64,000 bases of DNA from Naegleria gruberi (Eukaryota), in the NCBI GenBank assembly GCA_000004985.1, contig GG738853.1; one strand, 5' to 3'. The translations under genes and the position numbers were made by a program. Below the pieces are notes generated by a model. The model had not been told where the DNA came from. It ran no database searches and saw nothing but the letters and a program-made list of their open reading frames with translations. Positions 20,304 through 32,057 of the stretch are shown piece after piece. Position 1 is the first letter of the stretch, and each line of letters opens with the position of its first letter.

Positions 20304-22370
20304 TTATCCACCCTTTGGTTTAACGAGAATTCTCAAAGCAAGGAAACCAATGATTCTGTAAGCGAGTGCCAAAGCAAAACAGAGACCAACATTGATCCAT
20401 ACATTGGACATGACACTAGTCATTTCCAAGTTTTCAATGACAGCTTCACCAGTTGGGAAAGCACATACTCCTGTTGATGGGCAAACAAACTTTTCACCAA
20501 TAAATTCATTCAGAACAAGGGCCTCAAATCCAAAGTGGAATAGAGACGTCCAATAAATCCATACAGTATAGTTTGGTAAATTGTTCACATTTCTGTAGAA
20601 GCCACCGAAAAGCATGAGCACAGTATTTACAAGTGGAATAATAGCCATAGCAACACCCATATTTGGCATCAATGTACCAATCATCAAACCAAGAGATTGA
20701 CCAGTCAAACCAATTACACCCAATAAGAACATGAACATGAAAAATCGTTCAATATTAGGATTAAGGTTCGTCATCCAATACACTATAGCACCAAACAATA
20801 GAGGGAAGAAAAACATGGTTGGCATTTCGGCAACACTTCTGGCAAGGAAATAACTACTGACTTTGTACATTTTTGCACCTCTTTCTCTCAAAAAGATTGG
20901 TTTTTCATCGTACATCATTGAAACTGAGGACATGGCAGAGCCCAAAAATTGATTTGTTAAAATGAAAAATAGCACACCGATTCTGTCTTGAACATTGGAT
21001 TGTTCATACCCCAGTTGTAAAAAGATCAGACCCACAAACAGAGACATGACAATATTCTGCACAAACTTGGCCATTGTCACCTTCTTATCTCTGATAATGT
21101 TAATGAACGCTCTCATAGTAAGCACTGTAAATTGTGCAAACCAACTGGAATTGTACGATGAAAATCTCTTAAGGTTACTATCTAATTGTTGGGTAGGTGG
21201 AATTTCTAATTGTACATTTTTGGAATAATGGTTCAAAACTCCTTCAATTCTTTCATCTTGTCTCTTCTTCTTTTCAAGATTGTCACCTGTGAGGGCAGCA
21301 TTTTCTGTAATAACATCCATCAAAAAGTCGGCAGGATTGTAACCAACTGGGCAAGGGTGTCCAATATCAGAAAAGTATGGCACAGCATCCTTAGCATTTC
21401 CGAAATAAGCAACACGTCCTCTAGAGAGAAGTAAAAGTTTGTCGAAAATTTCATAAATATTAGATGAAGGTTGGTGAATTGTCAAAACGACAGTACGTCC
21501 GTGAGTAGCCAATTTGGAAATTGTTTTCATGACATTGTAACTGGTCTTTGAGTCCAAACCAGTTGTAGGTTCATCCAAAAATAAGACACTAGGTTCAGTC
21601 AAAAGTTCAATACCAATACACAAACGCTTTCTTTCACCTCCTGAGATACCCTTTGTAAAACCAGGAATACCAACCTTAGTATCAGCAGCCTTTGAAAGAC
21701 CTAATTCCTCAATAATTGTATCAACTCTAGTCATTCTTTCTTTAAGTGGAATTTTACTGTCCAAACGCAACATGGCAGCATAACGTAATGATTCTCTTAC
21801 TGTCAAGTTGCCCATCAAGACGTCATCCTGTTGAACGAAAGCAGAAAGTGATCTAAAGGCCTTTCCTGCCTTTTCTCCGTTTGCTCTAATTTCACCTCCA
21901 GAAGCTTTAACTCTTTGTGAGAGAATATTCACTAATTCCGATGATTAATTTCAATCAATTTCATATCAATACTTACACAATGAAGTTTTACCAGCACCTG
22001 ATGGACCCTATATAATAGTTGAATTAGTCATTCCATTCATTATGTGTGTGACAAAACTTACCATAATAGCGAGGACAGAACCAGGGGCAACATAACCAGT
22101 CATTGGATGAAGAATTTGCTTTTCAACCTTCTTAAACATGTTACTCATTGTAAATTTGAATCTTTCCTTAGCAGTTAATAAATTGGAAGGTGCTGGAGCT
22201 TTAACCTTGACTTTATATTCCAAATTGTGCCATTCCAACTGAATAGGAGGCGATCTTCTAATAAACTTTTTATCATCAACAGGGCTGCTATTACTCAAGC
22301 TAACAATAGTCTCCTGCTGCTGAGGAATTGTATCAACAATTACATTATCGGGTAATTCAATATCAGTCAT
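20304..22370 (-). CDS. ABC transporter, G family (white-like half transporter, NBD-TMD), 3 exons: join(22370..22062, 22007..21977, 21931..20304).
   Basis: Walker A GPSGAGKTSLLNIL is reconstructed across two short introns (54 and 45 nt). ABC signature is ISGGERKRLCIGIEL. Walker B is VLFLDEPTTGLDS. Six C-terminal TM helices. First ATG is at 22370 (the track began at an upstream TTG). Confidence 0.85.
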
Positions 22371-23193
22371 GATGATTCCCAAGCAAGTATTATTATTTTG
22401 TATATATTAATCGATTATCTACTACAATTTATGTTTCCTTCTATTAAAAACACGTGATGATGTATTGTTCCTTTTTGCTCAAAAAACTAAAAGGTGTTGA
22501 GGTTTTTTTTTCTGTTTGTTTGTTGATGAATAAGATGAAATGTTGCGCTTCTTCTTAATCTCTTTGATGGAATCAGTGCGCCACCGTTGACGGAGTTTTT
22601 AAACAATGATAAAGTGCAACAGTATATTGTGAGCAGCGTTGTTTTTAAGATATTGCATGACGATGAAAGAATGAGAAGGAATATTTATTAATAAACAATT
22701 ATTGGGTGAAGGAATGATATTAAAGAGTGGAAGATCAACTGGGTGATATGTCCGCTAAGAAGAAGATGGTGGATATTTTGAAAGGTCCGTTATTAAAGAA
22801 ATCTTCAGTAATTGTTGCATTGAGGAAGAGAGGATTATTTATGATAGTTATTTTGATTAGAAGTGGTTGGGAAGAGGAATCGATGGATTGATGGTCCATG
22901 TGAGAGATGAGGCATTTGACTTGGAATGATGTTTACAAGAGTTCACTAAAAAATCAGAAACTGTAGTCAGTAAGGACACAGTTTGTATTTTCAATTGGAG
23001 AAATGCTCATGTCCAATAGTTTAGGTTGGAGATGTGGAGTCAATTTTGAATTTTGGTATTGTTACAGACCTTTGAATGTTCCAATATGTCAGCTCAATTA
23101 AAAATAAATATTTATATTCAACTTGGATTGAGTAATTATTTATTTTGATAATTATCTGCAATATTTGATTATTGTAAACAGGTTTCAATTAAA

Positions 23194-23598
23194 TTATAAA
23201 TCATCTAATTTCAATTTCTTTTGATAATATTTTCCAAAACGAGAGAATTGTCTAAAATCCTTTCTATCCTTCATTTCATAATTCTTCTTATGATCCTTTC
23301 TACAATATCCGACATTTCTAGAAATAAATCCACTGACAAATCTTCGTTCTTCAAAATGTTTCACTTCACTACAAAGAGAAACTTCATGATCCTTCTCAAT
23401 CAAATGACCATGAATTGAAACAGCCAATCTATCCTTTAAATTCTTATTAATATCCTTTCTATATTCCTTATCATTATTATAACGTTCTTTAATATTGATT
23501 TCAGAGGCATGGGCACGACATTTCCAACTGGTGCAAAGAGGGCACTTTTTAATGGTTTGATTAGAGGCTACATTAAATCTGACTCCGTCTCTCTTCAT
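23194..23598 (-). CDS. Small basic Cys/His-containing hypothetical protein (134 aa).
   Basis: ORF only. Cys/His spacing (CPLCTSWKCRAH ... HGHLIEKDHEVSLC) hints at a zinc-binding module. Divergent to the pseudokinase gene with about a 150-bp spacer. Confidence 0.3.
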   Translation of the reverse strand: MKRDGVRFNVASNQTIKKCPLCTSWKCRAHASEINIKERYNNDKEYRKDINKNLKDRLAVSIHGHLIEKDHEVSLCSEVKHFEERRFVSGFISRNVGYCRKDHKKNYEMKDRKDFRQFSRFGKYYQKKLKLDDL

Positions 23599-23748
23599 CT
23601 GTTGTGTGTTCTTTCGAGTTGTTTTTTTTTAGCTTGGAATTTTAGTGAAAGTTCTTCTGCGCAGGAATTTTTAAAGTTTTTTCAAAATCTAAAAATAAAA
23701 CAGTTTACAATATTTTGAAGTGTTACAATTTTTAAAAAAATATCTTGA

Positions 23749-24663
23749 ATGAATATGGAGGAAGTATTGAATTTTTCAGATTCGTTTGAAATTATTAGAA
23801 AAATTGGTTCGGGAAGAAAAAGTCAAATTTTTGAAGGAATTTATGTGAAATCAAATCTTGATGAAAAATGTGTCGTTAAGATTTTTACAAATTACAACAA
23901 TTCAGAAGAGAGCAAGATTAAAAGACAAGTTAAAATACTTGAAAAACTGGGTGATGGACCGAATATTGTAAAATTGAAAGATGTGATTTGGGATTTACCT
24001 AACAAGGCAATTGTTTTGGAATTTTGTGAAAATTGCAGCTTGAATTCATGTGGAAAGTTGACCGATATGGAAATTAGATATTATATGAGGGAATTATTGA
24101 AAGGTGTGGAGTATTGTCATTCTATGAGAGTGATTCATAGAAATATAAAACCAAAAAGTGTACTAATTGACCAAAAGAATAAGAAATTGACATTAATCAG
24201 TTGGGGTTTAGCTGAATTTTATCATGATGGAAGAGAATTGAATACCAGATTGTCAACTAGATATTTCAAAGCTCCAGAATTATTATTGAACGTGAAAAAT
24301 TATGATTATTCGATTGATATGTGGAATTTGGGATGTGTTTTTGCAAAATTGATTTTTGGAAAGGAACCATTCTCTCCTGGAAGAGATAATTTTGATCAAA
24401 TGGTGAAAATGATAAAAGTGCTAGGAAGTGAGCAATTATTTGAATATTTGGAAAGATACTCAATTGAATTGCCTTCCTATTTGGAAGGATTGAAATCATA
24501 TGAAAAACAGGAATGGAGAAATTTTGTAAAAGATGAAGAATTTGTGAATGAGCTAGCTCTTGATTTTTTAGATAAATTACTAAAATATGATCCTAAAGAA
24601 AGAATGACGGCAAAGGAGGCACTGCATCATCCCTATTTTGCATCATTCCCCAATGATGACTAA
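23749..24663 (+). CDS. Casein kinase II alpha-like protein lacking catalytic residues (predicted pseudokinase).
   Basis: Collinear with CK2-alpha over the whole kinase domain (CHSM..H..IKP....ID......L..WGLAEFYH, DYS.DMW.LGC, HPYF). HRD is replaced by HRN (nt ~24136-24144). DWG is replaced by SWG (~24199-24207). The alpha-C Glu is Gln. The Gly-loop reads GSGRKS instead of GRGKYS. The N-terminal about 35-aa CK2 segment is missing. Confidence 0.8.
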   Translation: MNMEEVLNFSDSFEIIRKIGSGRKSQIFEGIYVKSNLDEKCVVKIFTNYNNSEESKIKRQVKILEKLGDGPNIVKLKDVIWDLPNKAIVLEFCENCSLNSCGKLTDMEIRYYMRELLKGVEYCHSMRVIHRNIKPKSVLIDQKNKKLTLISWGLAEFYHDGRELNTRLSTRYFKAPELLLNVKNYDYSIDMWNLGCVFAKLIFGKEPFSPGRDNFDQMVKMIKVLGSEQLFEYLERYSIELPSYLEGLKSYEKQEWRNFVKDEEFVNELALDFLDKLLKYDPKERMTAKEALHHPYFASFPNDD

Positions 24664-24810
24664 TCTATTACAAACTAGTTTAAATTAGAATTTTAACAAA
24701 CTATTGTAAACTAATCATTTGATTCATTTTTGGAATTTTTTTCCTTTTCGAATGATAACTATATCAGAGAAACGAAATCCATTAATTCGTAACAGTTTCA
24801 GTACAATAAA

Positions 24811-25908
24811 TTGACTTGTTGTAAACTCGACCTTCAATTTCAATCTTTAAAAAAAATGCGCAAAAAACGAAGACCAGCCAAACCAACTCGATTTATTGCA
24901 AAAACACTAATATATGCCGATCATGACGACAGTGATGATGATGCTGATGATAATAACATTTTCATTTCTAACCAATTCCTCAACGATGATGTGATTTATG
25001 AAATTTTATCATTCGACAATGATTTTAAATTTATTGTAATGAATTGTGCACTGGTTTCAAAACAGTGGTTTCGAGTCATTTTGGAGAGATTGAAACAACT
25101 TGCAGTTCGAATTGATATTGGGAAAATGTCAAGGGTGCAAGGTCAATTTTTGGAAAATATTGCAAGTGTGAAAGCACTTAATGCGATTAATCATTTAATA
25201 CAGTATCGTGATGCCTTTAAGTTGATGAAAGGATTGACTACATTTGATATTTCTTACACTTATGTTCATGATCGAGAGGCCAAAATTATTAGTGAAATGA
25301 CACAATTGACTTCTCTTAATGTTAGTAATAGTATTAGGATTAAGAAAAGTATTGCATATTTTAGAGAAATGAATAATTTGACTTGTTTGAACATTGGCAA
25401 TAATGGTATTGGAGTTGAATGTGCCAAACACGTTAGTGAAATGAAACAATTGACCATTCTTCATATTTGTGGAAATGGTATTAAGTTTGAAGGGGCTAAA
25501 TTTATTAGTGAACTGCAACAGTTGACCAAACTTGATGTTAGTAGCAATAATATTGGAGAGCAAGGGGCTAAATATATTAGTCAATTAAAACAATTGACTA
25601 ACCTTGATATTTATTCAAATCGAATAGGTGCGCAAGGGGCCAAACATATTAGCGAAATGAAACAGTTGACAAGACTTAACATTTCTTACAATGATATCAA
25701 TGTTGAAGGTGCCAAATATATTAGTGAAATGAAACAATTGATTAATCTTAATATTACCAAAAATAATATTGGTGATGAAGGTGCTAGACACATTAGTGGA
25801 ATGAATCAATTGACTAATCTTTTTATTGGGAACAATAATATTAGCAATGCTGGATTTCAAAACATTTGTGTGTTCTTGGTTGATACATTCGTATTTCTAA
25901 GCGAATAA
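24811..25908 (+). CDS. F-box-like / leucine-rich repeat (RNI-type) protein.
   Basis: N-terminal F-box-like segment (VIYEILSFDNDFKFIVMNCALVSKQWFRVI). About 9 tandem 24-aa LRRs with the form MKQLTxLNIxxNxIGxEGAKxISE. Confidence 0.65.
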   Translation: MTCCKLDLQFQSLKKMRKKRRPAKPTRFIAKTLIYADHDDSDDDADDNNIFISNQFLNDDVIYEILSFDNDFKFIVMNCALVSKQWFRVILERLKQLAVRIDIGKMSRVQGQFLENIASVKALNAINHLIQYRDAFKLMKGLTTFDISYTYVHDREAKIISEMTQLTSLNVSNSIRIKKSIAYFREMNNLTCLNIGNNGIGVECAKHVSEMKQLTILHICGNGIKFEGAKFISELQQLTKLDVSSNNIGEQGAKYISQLKQLTNLDIYSNRIGAQGAKHISEMKQLTRLNISYNDINVEGAKYISEMKQLINLNITKNNIGDEGARHISGMNQLTNLFIGNNNISNAGFQNICVFLVDTFVFLSE

Positions 25909-25971
25909 TGATTTGAAATAATCATTTTTGATCCATTTATGTACATTAAAATATTAAAAAGTTTTAACTTT

Positions 25972-28900
25972 CTAATTCTTTGTTGGTGTGCTCTCAGTAG
26001 GGTTACTTTCAGAATTGGTTGCGCTCTTATTGGATGGATTGTGGTTGACTGCCTTGAGCTGATTCTCAATGAATTGAGTGTGTTTGATAGTGACCTTTCT
26101 CGATTTGCTATCTCCAATAATACTCTTCAGTAAGCTACTCTTCTTTTCGCTGACTTGTGGATTCTTATTTGCTTCAGCATTGGCTTTAACTTTCATCAAT
26201 TGCTCCATCAGCTCACTATTCACTTGACCTGGAGCAAGAGGTGAATTATTGTTCTTCTCAGTGCCATTGTTGCTTGTGGAAGATCCACCGCTGGTCGAAG
26301 TTGATGAAGTTGGTGCCTTGAAAGATAATTCTTCACCATATTCACATCCAAATACATGTTTGAAAGCTTCTTTTTCCTCGTGAAGTAACTTGAGAGCAGT
26401 TTTATCCTTTTGTTGCAAATCTTGCCACAATGTTGTAATCTTGTCACGGACTTGAACCTTTTCTTCCTTAATTACGTCAAGACGTTTTTCTTTATCTTGC
26501 TTTTCCTGTTCGAGGTCCGCAATTTCACGTTGGAGAGCAGCCAACAATTCCTTCTTTTGTTGAATCTCATTGCTCACCTGAACAGTTCTTACTTGCAAAA
26601 GCATTTGTTCCTGTTGGATTTGCTGATGGAACTTGAGATTTTCTTTAGCTTGGGTATGCACTGCAGCTCTTTCCTTTCCCAATTTGTACATTTCTGAAGA
26701 ATTTTGAAGACTAAGTCCTCTGTTGGCGTATATTTTAACATTGCAAATGTCAGAAATACAATTACCAAGTGATTCTTTCCATTCATCTCTGTCTCCAGTG
26801 GTACTTGTTGTGAGAATGTATTCATATTGAGAACCTTTAGTAATGACACGAATTGGAATGTCACACTCATCAATAACATCATAAAATCCTCTTTTTGGTG
26901 GAGGCACAGGTAAATTCCTTCCTCCACTGGTTGTGATGTTTAGATTGTTGCTATTGTTCCCAAAGAAGGTATCAGTATCAATAAAGTGGAAGAAAATAAA
27001 GTGTAAATTCTTTCCGACAGTTAATGTTAGTTGATGATATTTAGATTTGGTTGAATCTGAATTGGTTGGGGTATTTGATTGTTCCTTCTTCTTTCCAAAC
27101 ATGGTTGCCTTTCGAGTAAAGGATTGGAAAAGTGATGAAGAACCTTCATCAGATTCATTCTTTTCCTCAAGTAATACCAACATGTCAGTAAATTGATAAA
27201 TTGTAAATCTTCCCTCATTGTATTGTGGTTTCAGATTCTTTGAACCAGCCATCTGAGCCAATACATTAGAGAATGTATCACCTTGTTTTCCAGGAACAGG
27301 AGGTGGTAAAACTCTCTTACCTGTACTCGATACTGTAGCTGCAGTAGAAGTTGTTTTTGTTGGAACAGATGGTAAACTTCTTGGAGTCACGGATCCTGAG
27401 TTTTTGGAGTCATTACTTGGTGGTGTTGGCAGTGCTACGGAATTTCTTTGTGACTTCACTTGTCTATACTTGACATGGAAGGAGGCCTTTCGCAGGAACT
27501 TTCTGTTTGGTTGGACAAAACCAGGATAAATTGGTTCGATCATTCCATAAATTTCGTACATGTATCTCACATTATCAAAGTTTCTCTTTTGTTCATTAAT
27601 GTAGGAGGCAATCTTTTCAATTTCATTCACAACTTTTTGTAAGTTTTCAAATTCGGTATGTTCTTCAGGAGTATTAGACAAAATTTCAGAGAGCAACATT
27701 TTGTATCTTGGAATTCTTTGAATTGGTAAAATGAGGAAACTACAGAAATCTGATTTGATTCCCTTTTGCATTTGATAGCACTCTGTTAAAAATTCCTTAA
27801 ATTTCTTATTGGATTTTTTCATCTTGTCAAACATTTCAGTTGCTCTATCGTGGTTATTAATATAGGTTGTGTAAACTTTCAAAAATGGAACAAGATGACC
27901 GAATGGTTTACCGATAGAATCATAAATTCTGTATGATGAAGGTTGATTCTTCTTTTTAAGATTTGGGTCATCTTTTCTCTTGATGACAAACCCAACAGTT
28001 CTTGGACTAGTTAATTCACCAGAACCATTTGGAGTGGATGTTGAGTTGTTTGAAACTTGAGAGGATATGCTGGAGGTTGGAGATGGGAGAGATTCTTCTT
28101 CCTTGATTTCAATTTTGACTTCAGGATTTGCCTTTTCCAAATCATTCAATAATGTTTGATTAATGTTTGAAATTTGGTTAATGTTGGCAAACAGGACTTG
28201 AATCTCTGATTGACCTTTAAAAACACCTTTTCCGTGGTCTCTATTTTCAATTAGTGGTTGATAGTACAAATTAAGGAAGGACTTGAGATTTTGAACGTAG
28301 GTCTTTTCTGTCTCGATGGTCTCCTTAATCAACTCTTGACGTTTTCTACCCTTTTTAAGAGATGGATCTCTACGTATAAAATTGAAGAATCTAACACGTG
28401 TGAATAATTGTGGAATACGTTCTCCCAAAATTGAAATAGCCTTATCCTTGTCAAGTGTCGCCTTTGGTGTGGAAACAGTACTAATCTCGTCATCCTCTAC
28501 TACAGAAGATGATTCAGTAGTTTCGTCATCATCAAAATTAATAATTGATGGTGACTGTAATGTTTCCTCAAGATCTAGCTTTGGAATAATAGGTGAATCT
28601 AAACTATTCGAAACTCCAAAACTTCCATTACTGCTTATACTTTCATGAATAGTTGGAGATGAGCTGCTATTATCTGTACTGTCCATATCAGAAGTAGATC
28701 TCTTTCTAAAATGACTATCCGAAACTGAACCTAAAGCTGTCAAATTACTCAAACTAAATTTTGTTTCAAAATTCTCCAAACTATCAGCACTTGTTATTCT
28801 TGAATGAAGATTATTTGGGCTGTCAATCGATAGAATGACCTTTTCTTCATTACCACTTTCTGATTCAGCAAGAACATTCGAATCCAAATTACTTTCTTGG

Positions 28901-29103
28901 ATTTCATCATGATCAATATTATCTGTTGATGTGGATGATGGTGGTGAAGTATCATTATTAGCCTCTATTGTTGGTGGTGATGTTACACTGTTACCTCCTT
29001 TCCCATACATCAAGGAAGACAATTTTGGAGGAGGTTTAGGTGGTTGATTACTATACACCCTTGATGGTTTCATTGGTGGAGGTGTAGGAGGAAGATTAGA
29101 CAT
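25972..29103 (-). CDS. RhoGEF (DH domain) protein with PH-like region and C-terminal coiled coil (1043 aa).
   Basis: DH core QELIKETIETEKTYVQNLKSFLNLYYQPL...ILPIQRIPRYKMLLSEIL. Downstream heptad-rich segment (QQIQQEQMLLQ...LEQEKQDKEKRLD). The N-terminus is Pro-rich. Confidence 0.75.
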   Translation of the reverse strand: MSNLPPTPPPMKPSRVYSNQPPKPPPKLSSLMYGKGGNSVTSPPTIEANNDTSPPSSTSTDNIDHDEIQESNLDSNVLAESESGNEEKVILSIDSPNNLHSRITSADSLENFETKFSLSNLTALGSVSDSHFRKRSTSDMDSTDNSSSSPTIHESISSNGSFGVSNSLDSPIIPKLDLEETLQSPSIINFDDDETTESSSVVEDDEISTVSTPKATLDKDKAISILGERIPQLFTRVRFFNFIRRDPSLKKGRKRQELIKETIETEKTYVQNLKSFLNLYYQPLIENRDHGKGVFKGQSEIQVLFANINQISNINQTLLNDLEKANPEVKIEIKEEESLPSPTSSISSQVSNNSTSTPNGSGELTSPRTVGFVIKRKDDPNLKKKNQPSSYRIYDSIGKPFGHLVPFLKVYTTYINNHDRATEMFDKMKKSNKKFKEFLTECYQMQKGIKSDFCSFLILPIQRIPRYKMLLSEILSNTPEEHTEFENLQKVVNEIEKIASYINEQKRNFDNVRYMYEIYGMIEPIYPGFVQPNRKFLRKASFHVKYRQVKSQRNSVALPTPPSNDSKNSGSVTPRSLPSVPTKTTSTAATVSSTGKRVLPPPVPGKQGDTFSNVLAQMAGSKNLKPQYNEGRFTIYQFTDMLVLLEEKNESDEGSSSLFQSFTRKATMFGKKKEQSNTPTNSDSTKSKYHQLTLTVGKNLHFIFFHFIDTDTFFGNNSNNLNITTSGGRNLPVPPPKRGFYDVIDECDIPIRVITKGSQYEYILTTSTTGDRDEWKESLGNCISDICNVKIYANRGLSLQNSSEMYKLGKERAAVHTQAKENLKFHQQIQQEQMLLQVRTVQVSNEIQQKKELLAALQREIADLEQEKQDKEKRLDVIKEEKVQVRDKITTLWQDLQQKDKTALKLLHEEKEAFKHVFGCEYGEELSFKAPTSSTSTSGGSSTSNNGTEKNNNSPLAPGQVNSELMEQLMKVKANAEANKNPQVSEKKSSLLKSIIGDSKSRKVTIKHTQFIENQLKAVNHNPSNKSATNSESNPTESTPTKN

Positions 29104-29783
29104 TTTATCTATCTATCTGAATATTTGAATATATGAATATTTGGGTGTTTGAATGTATGAAACTCTTTTAAAACTCGTCAAAAATTACAACAACAATTGT
29201 TGACCGTATATTATTTGCGTTGTCGGCACGGACAGAATATGATATGATCAAACACTACTCTGAAATAATTTACGGGATGATATTTTGCTGCAATCTTCAA
29301 ATCGCCGTAGAAATGAGCGGGATGTTGAATGTTTTTTTTTTGGTTTTTTGTTTGCTGAAAGATGATCGCCTGGAAACGCTTCGTTTGTGTGTGGTTTTGA
29401 TGAGTTTTTCAAAGAGATTTGCGATGATTGGTAATTAGTGTTGGATATTTGAGGATACCTTTTAAGGATGGAGTTATTTCCTTCAGGTTTCTGTATAGAT
29501 TAGTTTAGTTTCCTTAACAATAGGATATTGGAAAGGTGGGAAGTGATATCTCTGAAATTATATGGAGGTGTCTGCTTTATTAGAATTTAAAAAAGTGTAA
29601 AATCTTTTAAAGTTGTACAGTTGACTAAAGATTGTGACAAATTCGTATTTTTTTGAATAAATGGTTTCTTTTAAATTTTGTTCGAAATAGTTTCGAATAG
29701 TTCTACCATGTTCACAGAATTTCTCCCTATTTAAAGATTTTGTAATCAACCATAAAAAAAATAAGATATTTAACAAAAAAAAA

Positions 29784-31931
29784 ATGTTAACTGTTCGACT
29801 TCCCAAGGAGCCGACAGTTGACTTTAATCAAATTCGTGATGATTTAATTAAATCTGATGAATATCTTTGCTCTGGAAATTTACAAGATTACGTTCTGACA
29901 AAATATCAAAATTGTGAAGAGTTTGTTCGTGAATGGATTATTGAAGATTTGCAAAACAAGAAGAAAAATGTTTATTCGAAACATGAAGAAATTATCAAGT
30001 TGAAAGAACTCCATGATGATTTAAAATATGAAATTATTCAATTCATTCCGACATGTTCATCCACTTTCAAAGACGAAACTTCTCCCCTATTCGACACTCA
30101 ACTAATCACCCTTCACAAAATGAGACTAATCTCCAAAAAATTCAATTCAATAATGATTCACAGAATTCTCACTCTTTCTCACATGGAAATTGATTTATCT
30201 CACCCATTAACAAAATCACATTTTTACAATTTGTTAAATGCTCAAGCTGAGTACAAATTAGAACAAAATAATTTCAATTCTCAAGAATTACTCTTAATCA
30301 AAAATCAATTGGAACAAGAAACAAATCGAACCATGGGTTTAGGTTTTCAATCTCCATTGAGTTTTGAAAATTATCCTGCATTGCCCTTTACACGTGAAGA
30401 ATTGAAAGAATATAAGAAAGCACTCTGCCAAACATTCAAGAAACCAATTAATAATAATAATAGGGTTGAACGTTACAAAATTAAGAATGTTAATACTACA
30501 ATTGAGAGTCTGGTTGTGGAAATAAGTATGAATCAATTATCATCTATCGAACAACATGGTGATGAATTTTCATCCATTGCTGATAATTGCAAACATTTGA
30601 AAAAGCTCTATGTAGTTTCTGATAGATTTAGCGTACCTGATGATTGGACAGTATTTGAATCTTTGGAGGAAATACATTTTTGCAGTAGCGTTTCAGTACT
30701 TGATTTGAATTCTGAAAATGTAAAGAGTTTTTTGAATTTCCTATTTTCTGAATGCCCAAAACTCCACTCCATTACATTTTCTCCTTTCATCCAAAACTAT
30801 CCAATTTCTAAACTTGAGAAGTATTTAAACCCCCAAAGATGGCATAATCGCAGCTTTAAAAAGATGAATATTTTCATTAAGGAAGAGAATGGTGAGAATA
30901 CTCTAGTCAAATCATTCGACAGCCCTTCAGAATATTTAAAAAAAGAGGTCAGCATCTTTCTATCGTCCAAGTCATCACACTTAAGCAAGAATGTTTTCAG
31001 AGAATTGGAGAAAATCTATGGTAATTCATTTATAAGAAAACAATTTCCAGGAATGCTTTTTTCATCCTTTTTGGATCCATCCTCATTTGAAGAATTGAGA
31101 AAGTTTAGAGATTTGTGTGATTATGCTTTCAAAGAAAGATGTATCCCAATTCAATATTTGGATTTGTTGAATTTTTGCACTACTTGTTTTATACAACCTT
31201 TCATGATTCAGTATATTTGCTATCTATGCAATGAATATCAAGAGTCTCGATTATTTGTCATAGAATTGATGCAAGATACGCATATGAATACCTTTTCACA
31301 TGCTTTGAGATTCATTAATTTTGGATGGGATTTTAGAAAGCCAAAGGCACTTAATAACCTAGTTCAATTATTTACTAATGTTGATACAATCATACCCATT
31401 CTTGATAACTTCCCAATCAATGATGAAACCCTATTGAGATTATTAAGAAAGTTTATCATTGGTTCATTTGGCTCAGTTTATCAACATGAACATCAGGACC
31501 AAATTAATCTTTTCATTTGTCATCTTCTTTCTCATAATCCAAGAAGGCTTTGTGAATATTTGGTTGAAGAAAGAATCCATTTCACATTGCTATCCAAACC
31601 ATGCAGTATTCCATTACTTGCTGCCTTGTTCTATACCCGCACCTCTCACTTCCTTTATGCCATTATTAAGGAAATGGATCAAGACATATTCAACAGATTG
31701 GGTGTGAACGAAAGAGGAGATTCCATTCTTCATCTCCTTTTATATTTGAGAGATGATTCCTTTTCTTTGGATTATAGTCTATTGTGTGAAATTGTAAAAA
31801 AGAATTCAAATTTGTTGAACTTGGAAAATGCCAAATCCCAAACACCTCTCCAAATCATGACGAAAACAGAACAAACAGCAAAATTGGTCTTGAAGGAACT
31901 CAAACGTACTATTAAGGATGTGAAATTTTAA
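29784..31931 (+). CDS. Hypothetical protein (715 aa).
   Basis: Single long ORF with ATG at 29784. No domain recognised by eye. The C-terminus has a possible ankyrin-like segment. Confidence 0.5.
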   Translation: MLTVRLPKEPTVDFNQIRDDLIKSDEYLCSGNLQDYVLTKYQNCEEFVREWIIEDLQNKKKNVYSKHEEIIKLKELHDDLKYEIIQFIPTCSSTFKDETSPLFDTQLITLHKMRLISKKFNSIMIHRILTLSHMEIDLSHPLTKSHFYNLLNAQAEYKLEQNNFNSQELLLIKNQLEQETNRTMGLGFQSPLSFENYPALPFTREELKEYKKALCQTFKKPINNNNRVERYKIKNVNTTIESLVVEISMNQLSSIEQHGDEFSSIADNCKHLKKLYVVSDRFSVPDDWTVFESLEEIHFCSSVSVLDLNSENVKSFLNFLFSECPKLHSITFSPFIQNYPISKLEKYLNPQRWHNRSFKKMNIFIKEENGENTLVKSFDSPSEYLKKEVSIFLSSKSSHLSKNVFRELEKIYGNSFIRKQFPGMLFSSFLDPSSFEELRKFRDLCDYAFKERCIPIQYLDLLNFCTTCFIQPFMIQYICYLCNEYQESRLFVIELMQDTHMNTFSHALRFINFGWDFRKPKALNNLVQLFTNVDTIIPILDNFPINDETLLRLLRKFIIGSFGSVYQHEHQDQINLFICHLLSHNPRRLCEYLVEERIHFTLLSKPCSIPLLAALFYTRTSHFLYAIIKEMDQDIFNRLGVNERGDSILHLLLYLRDDSFSLDYSLLCEIVKKNSNLLNLENAKSQTPLQIMTKTEQTAKLVLKELKRTIKDVKF

Positions 31932-32057
31932 GTCAATTATTTAATTTTGTAAAATGTTTTAGAGATTTTATTCTCACAACAATTCAAATGATGATTCCTA
32001 GTAGAATTCCTAGTATAAAAACTGTCAACATTCGAATATTAAATCCAATATGAATAT

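Noticed and set aside
25195-26117. Minus-strand ORFs overlapping the LRR gene and the RhoGEF 3' end
   Set aside because: They are antisense to the periodic LRR codons and give repeat-driven spurious ORFs.
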